A DNA stretch of 64,000 nt, taken from the NCBI GenBank assembly GCA_018648585.1, contig JABGQW010000019.1, positions 3,133-67,132 of the forward strand, written 5' to 3'. Below, one piece after another: positions 1-9,601 of this stretch (within the stretch, counting starts at the first letter, position 1; each line of letters opens with the position of its first letter). The DNA is from a bacterium (GTDB lineage Bacteria; Patescibacteriota; Gracilibacteria; UBA4473). The notes under the pieces were generated by a model, which was not told the DNA's origin, searched no databases, and saw only the letters and a program-made list of their open reading frames with translations. The position numbers were made by a program, and so were the translations under genes.

Positions 1-69
1 TTCAGTCATTTTGTTTTCGTTCATTCTCGATTCCAGATCAAGTCCGAAATGACAAACTCCGGGCTCGAT

Positions 70-1344
70 TTATTTTTCAATCCGTCGAATGTCTGCGCCG
101 AGATTTCTCAGATTTTCGGGAAAATGTTCGTACCCGCGATCGATGTAATTCACGTGCGAAACCGTTGTTTTTCCCTCCGCGATCAATCCCGCCAAAACCA
201 TCGCCGCGCCCGCTCGCAAATCCCACGACTGCACATTTGCGCCAGAAAGTTTTGTCGGTCCGTAAATTTTTGCCTGGTGCGGATTGAGCAATTTTACTTT
301 TGCGCCCATCCGCTCGAGCTCGATCAAGTACGTGAACCGATTTTCGAAAAGTGTTTCAAAAATGTGAGATTTTCCATCGCACTGCGTCAGCAGCACGCCA
401 AACAGCGACTGCAAATCCGTCGGAAATCCCGGATAAATCGCCGTCTGAATTTTTGGGATCGCGCGAAGTTTTTGGTTGCCGGAAACTTTGAGTTCGTTTT
501 TGAGAATTTGAAAATTTGCGCCCGTGCGTTTGAACGCTCCGTAAAAGCTCAGCAGTTCAGTGTGATCAACATTTTTGATCAAGATTTCGCCGCCCGTCAA
601 CGCGCTCGCCACCGCGTACGTCCCGACGAGAATTCCGTCCGGTGGAAGTTCGAAAATTCCGCCTTTCAAATTTTTTGTTCCGCGAATCGACAAATGGTGC
701 GTCCCAATTCCGGAAATCTGCGCCCCCATCGCCCGCAACATTTTGCACGTCGCCTGCACGTGCGGCTCCGCTGCGGTGAAAAAAAGATCGACTTCGTCGG
801 CAACGCCCGCGGAAAAAAGTGCCAAATTTTCGGTCGCAGTCACGGACGCCTCGGAAAAAAGCACCCAATTATTTTTAAATTTTTCGTGTGGAAATGTGAC
901 CGAAATTTTATCGGGCGACTCGGTCACCGTTGCACCGAGATTTTCAAACGCATCCAAATGCGCAGAATTTGGCCGCGCACCGATCACACATCCACCGGGA
1001 GAAAAAATCTCCGCCACTCCGTACCGCGCCATCAACGGCCCGAGCATCAAAATCGAGGCGCGCATTTTTTTGGCCGCGCGAGAAGTTGCGAGTTTTTTCG
1101 GATCAATATTTTTTGCCGTGATTTCAACTGTTTTACTTGCAAAATCGTGCGCCACCTCCGCGCCGATTTCGTCGAAAATATCGAGCAGCGTCACCACGTC
1201 CGAAATTTCTGGGACGTTTTTGAAAACGCATTTTTCCGGCGTCAAAAGTGACGCGCAGAGCATCGGCAACGCTGCGTTTTTTGCGCCCGGAATCACGACT
1301 TCGCCGCGCAACGGATTTCCGCCCTCAATTTCAAAAAATGACAT
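70..1344 (-). CDS. murA: UDP-N-acetylglucosamine 1-carboxyvinyltransferase (MurA)
   Basis: ORF 70..1347. N-terminus MSFFEIEGGNPLRGEVVIPGAKNAALP and full-length MurA-like sequence. ATG at 1344 preferred over the TTG at 1347. Confidence 0.95.
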   Translation of the reverse strand: MSFFEIEGGNPLRGEVVIPGAKNAALPMLCASLLTPEKCVFKNVPEISDVVTLLDIFDEIGAEVAHDFASKTVEITAKNIDPKKLATSRAAKKMRASILMLGPLMARYGVAEIFSPGGCVIGARPNSAHLDAFENLGATVTESPDKISVTFPHEKFKNNWVLFSEASVTATENLALFSAGVADEVDLFFTAAEPHVQATCKMLRAMGAQISGIGTHHLSIRGTKNLKGGIFELPPDGILVGTYAVASALTGGEILIKNVDHTELLSFYGAFKRTGANFQILKNELKVSGNQKLRAIPKIQTAIYPGFPTDLQSLFGVLLTQCDGKSHIFETLFENRFTYLIELERMGAKVKLLNPHQAKIYGPTKLSGANVQSWDLRAGAAMVLAGLIAEGKTTVSHVNYIDRGYEHFPENLRNLGADIRRIEK

Positions 1345-1375
1345 CAATTATTTTTTACCAAAAATTTCAAAAAAA

Positions 1376-2506
1376 TCAACTGTCAATCTGTTTCCAAAAT
1401 CGCTCCGCGTATCGATCGGTCATCCCCGCGATGTAGTCGCAGATTCGGATTTCAAGCGGTTCTGCCGAAGATTTCAAATACTCTGGAAGTTGATCCGGAT
1501 GCGCGTGCAGGAAATCAAAAATGTCCGATAAAATTTTTTGGCCGCGATCGGTTCCGGATTTGACTTCTGGAGAGAGGTAAAAATTTTGCATCAGAAATTG
1601 TTTGAGTTCGCGGAATTTTTCAAAAAAATCCGGCGAAAACATCACCAATTTTTCAGAACATTTTTGGACATCCTCCTGCGTTTCAATTTTGTGCGTTTTT
1701 AAATTTTTTCGCGTCGCAAAAACCAGTTCGCCAAAAAGTTTTCGAATCGTCCCGCGAATCAGCGCCGATCGCGATTTTGGGGTGGAAAGTTCCGACAAAA
1801 TTTCTGCTGGCAGCGCGATATTTTTGAGATCAGAAATTTGGAAAAAATTCCCGCGCAGTCCGTCTTCCAAATCCGCGGACAAGTACGAAATTTCGTCGGC
1901 GACATCGACCAACTGCGCTTCGATGTGCGGCGCAAAAATCTGGTCGCCCGTCTCCGGGTGATCAAAAAAAGTCGAATGTTTTTTGAGTCCCTCGCGAACT
2001 TCAAATGTCAGATTTAATCCTGGGAAATCGCGGTACCGATTTTCGAAAAAATCCACGACTCGCAAACTCTGCGCGTTGTGCTCAAATTTTTTGCCAAATT
2101 TTTTCATTTTTTCGTGCAGCGTCCGCTCCCCGGCGTGCCCAAACGGCGGATGCCCAAGATCGTGCGCGAGCGCGATCGCCTCCGCGAGATCTTCGTTGAG
2201 CAAAAGTTCGCGCGCCAAATCACGAGAAAGTTGCGCGACTTCGAGCGTGTGCGTGAGCCGGTTTCGAAAATGGTCGCCGCGCGCGGGAGACACAACCTGC
2301 ATTTTTCCAGCCAATCGCCGAAACGCCGTCGCGTGCAAAATCCGGTCGCGATCTCGCTGAAACGAACCGCGGCGCGGATCCGTTTTTTCTGGAAATTCTC
2401 GCCCGCGAGAATCTGCATTTTTTTGGGCGAATGGAGCGAGTCCCCGATCAAGTTGCGAAACAATTTCGGAACCATCGATTTGACGAGCGGAAGAAGTTTG
2501 TGACAT
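1376..2506 (-). CDS. dGTPase-like HD-domain triphosphohydrolase
   Basis: ORF 1376..2899 trimmed to the ATG at 2506 (MSQTSSARQ...). Motifs RNRLTHTLEVAQLSRDL and LAHDLGHPPFGHAGE. Stop codon is TGA. Lies 28 bp upstream of murA. Confidence 0.85.
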   Translation of the reverse strand: MSQTSSARQIDGSEIVSQLDRGLAPFAQKNADSRGREFPEKTDPRRGSFQRDRDRILHATAFRRLAGKMQVVSPARGDHFRNRLTHTLEVAQLSRDLARELLLNEDLAEAIALAHDLGHPPFGHAGERTLHEKMKKFGKKFEHNAQSLRVVDFFENRYRDFPGLNLTFEVREGLKKHSTFFDHPETGDQIFAPHIEAQLVDVADEISYLSADLEDGLRGNFFQISDLKNIALPAEILSELSTPKSRSALIRGTIRKLFGELVFATRKNLKTHKIETQEDVQKCSEKLVMFSPDFFEKFRELKQFLMQNFYLSPEVKSGTDRGQKILSDIFDFLHAHPDQLPEYLKSSAEPLEIRICDYIAGMTDRYAERFWKQIDS

Positions 2507-2710
2507 GCGCGAAAAGATGGTACGATTTTTTCGTATTTTTTCCAGAAAATGACCGACGAACATTTTTCTTCGAAGTCTGATTTCGGTGTAAAAATCCCAA
2601 ACGTTCGAAAATCTCGCACGCTCGTGCAGCGCGCGCAACGAGACGCAGAACATTTTTTTGGGGAAAAAAGTGTCGAACTTTCGATGAAATTCGTGGAATC
2701 CAATTTGTAA

Positions 2711-3334
2711 ATGTGGCCAACAAAACAAACGCTTCCCCGCCCCGCTGGAATCGCCGCTCCCCGCTGGTGGGAGCAGATTTTGCCGAACGGAACGGTCGAT
2801 CGCGTCCAGGAAATTTTGGCGTGGGGCGAATCGAACTTGCTCTGGATTATTGGAATTTTGTTGCTGATTTTGGTCGTGAAATTTTGGGTGGACGGGCACT
2901 CGCGAAGAAAAAAAGAAATCGATCGACTCTGGCTGTTTTTGCTTTTTTTCCTGTCAAAACGCCAAATGATGATGCCGTTGGTGGTGACGCTCGGACGCCG
3001 CGGGAAAAATTTGGAAGAAAAAACGATCGCCGAACTTTTGAAAATTCGAAAAAACTGTCGCACCATTTCGTTGCGAAAAAGTCCAAAAACGCGGATGAAC
3101 GCGGAACTCAAAGTTTCGAAAATTTTGTACGAATATTTTTCACAGCTCGAAAAAAAAGGAAAAATTCACGACGGATCAAAACTCGGACGCGTGATGCAGG
3201 ATTTTGAATTTATCGATCAGAAACTCGTGCAGCTGCAAAAAACGTACAATTTGCACGCGGAAAAATGGAACCGAAATTTGGGTGGCGCGCTGAAAATTTT
3301 CGGATTTCGCCCGTTTGAAAAATTCGAAAAATGA
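2711..3334 (+). CDS. LemA family membrane protein
   Basis: One TM helix (LLWIIGILLLILVV). LemA-like segments LSKRQMMMPLVVTL and QKTYNLHAEKWNRNLGGALKIFGFRPFEKF. ATGA overlap with lgt. True start uncertain (in-frame TTG at 2837 is possible). Confidence 0.6.
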   Translation: MWPTKQTLPRPAGIAAPRWWEQILPNGTVDRVQEILAWGESNLLWIIGILLLILVVKFWVDGHSRRKKEIDRLWLFLLFFLSKRQMMMPLVVTLGRRGKNLEEKTIAELLKIRKNCRTISLRKSPKTRMNAELKVSKILYEYFSQLEKKGKIHDGSKLGRVMQDFEFIDQKLVQLQKTYNLHAEKWNRNLGGALKIFGFRPFEKFEK

Positions 3335-4113
3335 TCTGGACAAACCACGCGATCGCGTTTTCGATTTTCGGACTGGATGTGCGCTGGTACGGACTCGTGT
3401 ACATTTTCGGGTTTGTGTTGTGTCTCCTGCTCGGGTACAAAATCAGCCAGAAACTGAACGCGCGCGCGACAAAACCCGAGTGGGAAAATCTCGTTTTTGG
3501 ATTATTTTTTGCGGGCGTGCTCGGCGGCCGATTTGGCGAATTTTTATTTTATTCCCCGCACGTTTTTTTCAGCGATCCGCTGGAAATTTTCAAAATATGG
3601 CGCGGCGGAATGTCGATCCACGGCGGGCTGCTCGGCGCGACAGCGTTCGGGATTTGGTGGAGCCGAAAATACGCGGTGAATTTTTTGAAACTCTCGGACT
3701 CAATCGTTTTACCACTCTCGATCACGCTGATTTTTGGGCGGCTGGCGAATTTTTTGAACGGCGAATTGTACGGACTCCCGACGGCGAGTCAAAACTGGGG
3801 AATCATTTTTCCGCAGATCGATGGATGGTTGCGGCACCCGACGCAGTTGTACGAAGCATTTTACAGCGCAATTTTGGCGGGAATTTTGTTCTGGATTTTT
3901 CGAAAAAACGGGTTCCGATTTCGCGGATTGCCGACGACAATTTTTCTGGCGGGGTACGGAATTTTCCGATTTTTGGTAGAATTTTTCAAAGTCCCCGACG
4001 GCGTGATCGGCCCGCTCACCACCGGACAAATTCTCTGCGCCGCGATGGTCGTGATCGCGTTTGTGATCGCCGACCGACACAATTTTTGGGAAAAAAATGT
4101 CAGAACTCGATAA
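3331..4113 (+). CDS. lgt: prolipoprotein diacylglyceryl transferase
   Basis: 260 aa, polytopic. Motifs GLDVRWYGLVYIFGF, WRGGMSIHGGLLG, HPTQLYEAF. Confidence 0.93.
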   Translation: MIWTNHAIAFSIFGLDVRWYGLVYIFGFVLCLLLGYKISQKLNARATKPEWENLVFGLFFAGVLGGRFGEFLFYSPHVFFSDPLEIFKIWRGGMSIHGGLLGATAFGIWWSRKYAVNFLKLSDSIVLPLSITLIFGRLANFLNGELYGLPTASQNWGIIFPQIDGWLRHPTQLYEAFYSAILAGILFWIFRKNGFRFRGLPTTIFLAGYGIFRFLVEFFKVPDGVIGPLTTGQILCAAMVVIAFVIADRHNFWEKNVRTR

Positions 4114-4378
4114 TTTTTTGGAAAAAATTCAGGGAGAACTCGCGACCGCGGGCGCAACATTTTTGCGGGTAAAAGTCACGCCCGGCGCACCAAAAACGGG
4201 AATCGCGCAACTCCTCGCCGCGGACGAACCGGTGCTGAAAATTAAAATTGCCGCCGCGCCCGAACGCGGAAAAGCCAACGCAGAACTTGAGAAATTTTTG
4301 GGAAAAAAATTCGACTGCGCCGCCCGCGTGATTTCAGGATTCGCCACCGGATTCAAACTTGTTCAACTCAAAAAATAA
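4097..4378 (+). CDS. DUF167/YggU-family small protein
   Basis: 93 aa. VKVTPGAPKTGI ... KIKIAAAPERGKANAELEKFLGKKF matches the YggU/UPF0235 pattern. Overlaps the lgt 3' end by 17 nt. Confidence 0.75.
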   Translation: MSELDNFLEKIQGELATAGATFLRVKVTPGAPKTGIAQLLAADEPVLKIKIAAAPERGKANAELEKFLGKKFDCAARVISGFATGFKLVQLKK

Positions 4379-4484
4379 GTTGCCTCATTTCCGCGAACGC
4401 GGGAATCCATAATGTTGAACCGTTCTCGTTCTAGATTCCCAATCAAGTTGGGAATGAAAAGGTTTTTGAAAATACAAAATGTTT

Positions 4485-4512
4485 TTGCGATATTTTCAAA
4501 TCTTGCTACATT
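4485..4512 (+). promoter_or_regulatory. sigma70-like promoter of rsmA operon
   Basis: TTGCGA (4485-4490), 16-nt spacer, TACATT (4507-4512). ATG lies 11 nt downstream. Confidence 0.5.
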
Positions 4513-4523
4513 TTTGAACGAAA

Positions 4524-5339
4524 ATGAAAAAATCTAATTTTGCGAAAAAATCACTCGGCCAAAATTTTTTGAACTCGATCGAAATTCGAGACAAAATCGT
4601 GGAATCCGCCGGAGATTTGACGGAAAAAAATGTGCTGGAAATCGGCCCGGGACTGGGATTTTTGACGACGAAACTTTTGAAAGCGGGCGCGCATCTCACC
4701 GCGATCGAACTCGACGAACGATCGGTAAAAATCTTGAGCAAAGATTTTGAACAGAAAAAGCATTTTACGTTGATGCACGGGTCGATTCTCGACTTGGATT
4801 TAGATGAAATATTTGAACAAAAAAATTATTCAGTCGTGGCAAATATTCCGTACAACATTACCGCGCCGATTTTGAAAAAGTTGCTCGCGGAAACAAAAAA
4901 CCGTCCGGACTGCTGCATTTTGATGGTACAAAAAGAAGTCGCGGAAAAAATCTGTCGGACAAAACCAGGCAGCGAAAAAATCACAAAAACACGGACAATT
5001 TTGCAGATTTCGGTGGAAATTTTTGCGGAAACAGAAAATTTATTTGAAGTGCCGCGCACGTTTTTTGAGCCCGTTCCGAACGTCGATTCGGCGGTGATAC
5101 GAGTGAAAATTCGAGACGTGCCGCTCGTCGATCCAAAATTGGAATCCACTTTTTTTACCGTGGTCAACGCGGGATTCAGCGAGCGACGAAAAAAGTTGAA
5201 AAATTCATTCGAAAAATTCTTCGGATTTCCCGCAGAAAAAATACTTGGATCAATCGATGGAAACCGCCGAGGCGAAACGCTCGACATCGCGGAATGGATC
5301 GAGATCGCGGAGAATTTTGTAAAATTTGAAAAAAAATGA
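4524..5339 (+). CDS. rsmA: 16S rRNA (adenine1518/1519-N6)-dimethyltransferase
   Basis: KKSLGQNFL N-terminal motif, SAM-binding LEIGPGLGFLT, NIPYNIT motif. Confidence 0.93.
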   Translation: MKKSNFAKKSLGQNFLNSIEIRDKIVESAGDLTEKNVLEIGPGLGFLTTKLLKAGAHLTAIELDERSVKILSKDFEQKKHFTLMHGSILDLDLDEIFEQKNYSVVANIPYNITAPILKKLLAETKNRPDCCILMVQKEVAEKICRTKPGSEKITKTRTILQISVEIFAETENLFEVPRTFFEPVPNVDSAVIRVKIRDVPLVDPKLESTFFTVVNAGFSERRKKLKNSFEKFFGFPAEKILGSIDGNRRGETLDIAEWIEIAENFVKFEKK

Positions 5340-5914
5340 AAAAACTCCCACAAATCCTTCTCGGCTGCTACATTCCGCTGCTCGCATTTTCGATGATTTC
5401 TCCATTTGCATGGGGAAACTGGATCGCTGAAATGGCTCCAGTTCTTGCAGCAGTGATCCTTCTCATTTTTACGTTCAAAAAAAATCGGATTTCAAATTTT
5501 GCGTACGTAGGAGCCGCTATTTGGATTTTTCTGCACACGATCGGAGCAAAATATAGTTTTGCGCTGGTTCCGATTGATATTTTTGAATTTGGCGGACGAA
5601 ATCACTTCGATCGAGTTGCACATTTTGCAATTGGATTCTGGGCTGTCGCAATCGCAGAATGGACGCTCAAAGGAAGTTGGATAAAAAGTAAAAATATCGC
5701 TGCAATTTTTGGAATCCTGGCAATCATGGCGGTCGCTGCAACGTATGAAATTATCGAATGGCAGTACGCCGAATGGTTTGGCGCCGGTGCGGCGGATTTC
5801 CTCGGAAGTCAGGGCGATATCTGGGACGCACAAAAAGACATGCTCGCCGACACGCTCGGAGCAATTAGTTTCGTTTTTCTTTGGATTTTTATCACAAAAA
5901 AACAAAAAAAATAA
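5336..5914 (+). CDS. DUF2238/YjdF-like inner membrane protein
   Basis: Polytopic. RNHFDRVAHFAIGF and YEIIEWQYAEWFG..FLGSQGDIWDAQKDM match the YjdF family signature. ATGA overlap with rsmA. Confidence 0.75.
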   Translation: MKKLPQILLGCYIPLLAFSMISPFAWGNWIAEMAPVLAAVILLIFTFKKNRISNFAYVGAAIWIFLHTIGAKYSFALVPIDIFEFGGRNHFDRVAHFAIGFWAVAIAEWTLKGSWIKSKNIAAIFGILAIMAVAATYEIIEWQYAEWFGAGAADFLGSQGDIWDAQKDMLADTLGAISFVFLWIFITKKQKK

Positions 5915-5986
5915 TCGATCTTCCAAAAGATTGACTTTCGATAAAAAATATTGAACGATGCAGTTGTTTTTGTAATTTTGAAAAAA

Positions 5987-6457
5987 ATGGCACTCGAAAA
6001 AACACCACCACCAAGCTCGCCCGAAAGCACCGAATCAATCGATTTTTCGGTACTGCATCCACTGATGAAAAAACTCCAAAATACAATAAAAAAATCAAAA
6101 AATAATCGGCTGAGTAAAAAAGAACACCAAGAAATCGCAGACAACACCACAGAAGAAATTGCCGAAATTTTTTGTAAATTGTTGCACTCAAAATCCCTCA
6201 GAACACTTGTCGCTGGGATTCCGGACGAAACGAAACAATCTGAAGATTTCAAAATTTCTGATTTTTACGCAGAAGCTGAAAAACTTGCTGACTTGTTCGC
6301 AAAAAAATTTGAATTTGATTTTAAATCTGATTCAACCAAACTTTTTGAAGCTTTTAACGACGAAGAAATAATCGTACTCCCTGCAGAAAAATTTACAGTA
6401 TCCGATGGATTTGAAAATACAAAACAAACTCTTACAAAAGGGGAACTTTTTACGTAA
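5987..6457 (+). CDS. hypothetical protein (acidic, no recognised domain)
   Basis: ORF 5951..6457 (TTG). First ATG at 5987 (MALEKTPPPSS). A+T-rich, no homology recognised. Confidence 0.45.
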   Translation: MALEKTPPPSSPESTESIDFSVLHPLMKKLQNTIKKSKNNRLSKKEHQEIADNTTEEIAEIFCKLLHSKSLRTLVAGIPDETKQSEDFKISDFYAEAEKLADLFAKKFEFDFKSDSTKLFEAFNDEEIIVLPAEKFTVSDGFENTKQTLTKGELFT

Positions 6458-6460
6458 AAA

Positions 6461-8116
6461 TTAATTCACTGTCTCGAGATAACACCGCTCGCAAAAAACT
6501 TTTTCCGGGCGCTCGGGTGCGAATGTAGTTTGGATTCCAACACCACACGAGTCACAGGTCCGATCAAAAAGTTGTCGTGGATTTCGTAATTTCATGCGAT
6601 CCGCGTGTCGACAATCAGTACAAAAATGCGGGAGTGGTAAATTTTCTGTTCGAAGAAATTTGAGCTCTGCGAGCTGAATTTTGAAATTTTTCCCACACCG
6701 TTGGCAGGCAAGAATTTTTTGGCAAATCGCATCGTCGACCTCTGCAATTGTGTCAGGGACTTGAAAATCCTGAGCCAAAAAATCTCGCGGATCAGGATCT
6801 CGCCATTTCCAACCACGAGCCAAAACTTCTTCTTTCGTCAGTGGAAAATATTCCAACGCGATTGTCTCGTTGTATGCAAACGGAGAAAGTTTGATCGGAA
6901 AAAATTCGCCCCACTCTCCCGTTTCTTTCATGTGAGCAATGATTTTTGTTCGCAGTTTTTCGTATTCTTCCGGAGAATATTTTTTGTTGAAAATGCAGTA
7001 CTCCGCGTGCCGCAATCCACAACAGCCAAAAAGATTTCGACAGTTTTGCTGACAGAGTTTGGAATAAAAAATATCGTAACAGCTCATCCAAACTTGATCG
7101 CCAAAACAAATATTTTCACATCCCTGCCCGATCTCATGACATTCGTGACAACGAGAACAACCCCCCTCTGTGCCAAAAACAGTGATGTCTCGGCAGTCTT
7201 TCAAGTGGGAACACGTAAAAATAAAAGCGCAGTCCTGTGATTTTTTGAGAGAAAAACACTCCCGACATCGCTGCACGTTATCCAAATAATCCCCCGTCGA
7301 ATCTTCACTCTGGATTCCCTGTTGAAATTTGTGCGGAAACTTTTTGCTGAACTCCGCAAAGTGTCCTCGCAGCGTTCGAATTTTTGATGACTTTTCGAGC
7401 TGCCAATTTTTAATTTTTTTAGCGTATTCTTCTGGCGTACATTTTTCATTGAGAAAATAATATTCTTTGTTCCGCAGATTTACGCAGCCAAAACAATTGT
7501 TGCAGCCGATACAATTTTTGAGAAACCATGAATCGTTGCACGTTTTACAATTTTGGAGAAATCGAGACTCGTAACAGTTGCGACAGTCGACACACTCAAA
7601 ACAGAGTTCACAATCCGTAATCTGCGTACAATCCATACACGATCGAGAGTCGTACACGTATTCGCAGTACAAACAATTTTCATTATTTACTGCCTCGAAA
7701 ATCAAATAACAGTTTTTGCACCAACCGCACTGATTAACGAAATTACAATTGTGATTCCCCACGACGGATCGCCCCAACTGCGGCACGGAGTACATCAGAT
7801 CGCGGAAGTTTTCGAAGAACGTTTTTGAAAAATCAAAATCTCGTCCGTACGCCATCGCATCCCACTGATCTGAATACCAGTACTCCGGATCATAGACTTT
7901 TAACTCAGAATCTTGATGAAATACCGACAGGATTCTTTTTCCGGTGCCATCACATTTTCGCCAGTACAATGTCCGTTCGTTGCGCCACGCCATTCGCCGG
8001 CGTGCCCTCTCATCTGGACACAGTGTCGGAACAGGGACTCCCATGTTTTCATAAAAAAGGAGATCCTCATCCGTGATCTCAAACTCCATGCCAGAGACGG
8101 CGCAGACTTTTTTCAT
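6461..8116 (-). CDS. cysteine-rich repeat protein with zinc-ribbon-like ends (conserved hypothetical)
   Basis: ORF trimmed to ATG 8116 (MKKVCAVSGMEF). Two internally similar halves packed with C-x2-C / C-x-C motifs (CGWCKNCYLIF, CELCFECVDCRNCY, CIGCNNCFGCVNL). C-terminal CQRCGKNF...CTDCRHAD...CDSCGV...CERC. Confidence 0.7.
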   Translation of the reverse strand: MKKVCAVSGMEFEITDEDLLFYENMGVPVPTLCPDERARRRMAWRNERTLYWRKCDGTGKRILSVFHQDSELKVYDPEYWYSDQWDAMAYGRDFDFSKTFFENFRDLMYSVPQLGRSVVGNHNCNFVNQCGWCKNCYLIFEAVNNENCLYCEYVYDSRSCMDCTQITDCELCFECVDCRNCYESRFLQNCKTCNDSWFLKNCIGCNNCFGCVNLRNKEYYFLNEKCTPEEYAKKIKNWQLEKSSKIRTLRGHFAEFSKKFPHKFQQGIQSEDSTGDYLDNVQRCRECFSLKKSQDCAFIFTCSHLKDCRDITVFGTEGGCSRCHECHEIGQGCENICFGDQVWMSCYDIFYSKLCQQNCRNLFGCCGLRHAEYCIFNKKYSPEEYEKLRTKIIAHMKETGEWGEFFPIKLSPFAYNETIALEYFPLTKEEVLARGWKWRDPDPRDFLAQDFQVPDTIAEVDDAICQKILACQRCGKNFKIQLAELKFLRTENLPLPHFCTDCRHADRMKLRNPRQLFDRTCDSCGVGIQTTFAPERPEKVFCERCYLETVN

Positions 8117-8123
8117 CCGCTCT

Positions 8124-8152
8124 AATTTACAATTTTCTCGAAATTCTGTAAA
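8124..8152 (-). promoter_or_regulatory. promoter of the Cys-rich protein gene, leaderless geometry
   Basis: On the minus strand: TTTACA (8152-8147), 17 nt, TAAATT (8129-8124), then 7 nt to ATG 8116. Overlaps the divergent plus-strand promoter almost completely. Confidence 0.55.
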
Positions 8153-8154
8153 AC
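8126..8154 (+). promoter_or_regulatory. promoter of the RsmB/F-family gene, leaderless geometry
   Basis: TTTACA (8126-8131), 17 nt, TAAAAC (8149-8154), then 8 nt to ATG 8163. Confidence 0.55.
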
Positions 8155-8162
8155 TCGCTCCG

Positions 8163-9584
8163 ATGCAACGAAAATTGCCACCAAAATTCATTGAACGAAT
8201 TCAAAAAATATTACCAGAAACTGACTGGGAAAGTTTTTTCGAAAAATGCACCGAACCGCTCCCCCGGACGATTCGTTTGTGCAAAAATTTTGATCAACCG
8301 GAAAATTGGGAACTCCGTCCAGTCGCCGGAATTCCGGAAGCAAAGTTTATCGAACGCGCCGATCAGCGGGAAGTCCCGCTGGGGAAAACTCTTGAATACT
8401 TCACCGGGAAAATTTATCCCGCATCTCTCGCATCGCTTCTTTCTGCAAAGATTTTGGACGCGCAACCGGGAGAAAAAGTTTTGGATGTGTGCGCCGCCCC
8501 CGGCAGTAAATCAACTTTTTTAGCGGAAAAAATCGACAGCGGCGTACTCGTCGCCAACGAACTTTCCGCGTCCCGTAGCAAAAAACTCGCCGCAAACATC
8601 GATCGCCTCGGATTAAAAAATGTCGTGCTGACACAAACCGACGGCACAATTATGGACAACTTTTTTGATCAAGAATTCGACAAAATACTTCTGGATGCGC
8701 CGTGCAGCTCCGAAGGTTTTGGTCGTCGGAACGCAGATTTTTTTGAAAAACACTGGGCAGAGCACCAGATTTTTGAGTGCGCAAAATTACAGAAAAAATT
8801 GATCGCATCCGCGTGGCAAATGCTACGCCCGGGCGGCGAAATGGTGTACTCCACCTGCACATCGAGCCCGGAAGAAAACGAAGCCGTGGTGAAATTCTTG
8901 CTGGAGAAATTCCCAAAATCGGTCGAAATTTTGCCGGTGAAAACGGATGCACCGCACGCCACCGGAATCGAAAATTTTGGCGGCGAAACCTTTGCACCAG
9001 AAATTGCAAAAAATGTTTGCCGGCTCTGGCCACACCTGGGAAATGAAACCTGGGACAGCGAGATTTTTTTCATCGCGAAGTTTCGAAAAATCGCCGGCAC
9101 TTCCCGGACTCCCGCAGAAAAAAAACGATCAAAAAATTCAACGCGCATTCTTTCAAAAAATCAAACCGCGGAAATTTTGGTACGGCTCGCGAAACAATTT
9201 GAAATTCCCCGAGAAAAATTTAAAAACTCCGTGGTAATCGAACGCGGAGGTGAGTTTTTTCTGACGACACGCGACACCGCGCAGTTTTGCACAAAAAATC
9301 CACATCGTCGCGCCGGACTCAAACTGCTCGACGCGCACGAAAACCCAACCACGGAATTTGCGCTCCGATTCGGCGCTTTCGCGAGCAAGAATTGTGTACA
9401 ACTTTTGCAAACTGATCGCAAAAAATTCCTCGAAGGCTACGACATCGCACTTCCTGAAAAATTCGATGCAAAAGACGGAACCGCCGTCCTCGTCAAATCG
9501 GAAAATTTTTGTCTCGGGTGGGGAAAAATCATGAAAAATGGAAAACAACTCAAAAACAAACTCGATCGCGGAATCGTTTTTTGA
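8163..9584 (+). CDS. rRNA cytosine-C5 methyltransferase, NOL1/NOP2/Sun (RsmB/RsmF) family
   Basis: ORF trimmed to ATG 8163. Motifs VLDVCAAPGSKSTFLAE, LLDAPCSSEGFGRRN, YSTCTSSPEENE. Confidence 0.88.
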   Translation: MQRKLPPKFIERIQKILPETDWESFFEKCTEPLPRTIRLCKNFDQPENWELRPVAGIPEAKFIERADQREVPLGKTLEYFTGKIYPASLASLLSAKILDAQPGEKVLDVCAAPGSKSTFLAEKIDSGVLVANELSASRSKKLAANIDRLGLKNVVLTQTDGTIMDNFFDQEFDKILLDAPCSSEGFGRRNADFFEKHWAEHQIFECAKLQKKLIASAWQMLRPGGEMVYSTCTSSPEENEAVVKFLLEKFPKSVEILPVKTDAPHATGIENFGGETFAPEIAKNVCRLWPHLGNETWDSEIFFIAKFRKIAGTSRTPAEKKRSKNSTRILSKNQTAEILVRLAKQFEIPREKFKNSVVIERGGEFFLTTRDTAQFCTKNPHRRAGLKLLDAHENPTTEFALRFGAFASKNCVQLLQTDRKKFLEGYDIALPEKFDAKDGTAVLVKSENFCLGWGKIMKNGKQLKNKLDRGIVF

Positions 9585-9601
9585 TCGCCACGGGCGATTT
9601 T

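Noticed and set aside
49-1531. Long plus-strand ORFs 49..1251 (400 aa) and 575..1531 (318 aa) overlapping murA
   Set aside because: They lie antisense to, or out of frame with, a full-length and clearly recognisable MurA. Their products are low-complexity (R/F/K/S-rich) with no domain. They are compositional shadow ORFs.
1376-2899. N-terminal 131-aa extension of the dGTPase-like ORF, and ORF 2104..3111
   Set aside because: The extension has no similarity to the family and overlaps the divergent LemA gene region. The HD protein aligns from the ATG at 2506. ORF 2104..3111 is a shadow frame.
4400-4456. Nested inverted repeats after the DUF167 gene (gggaatc...gattccc and attcccaa-tcaag-ttgggaat)
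   Set aside because: They could form a weak terminator, but the stems are A/T-rich and no proper T-run follows. This is not enough to call a terminator or a riboswitch.
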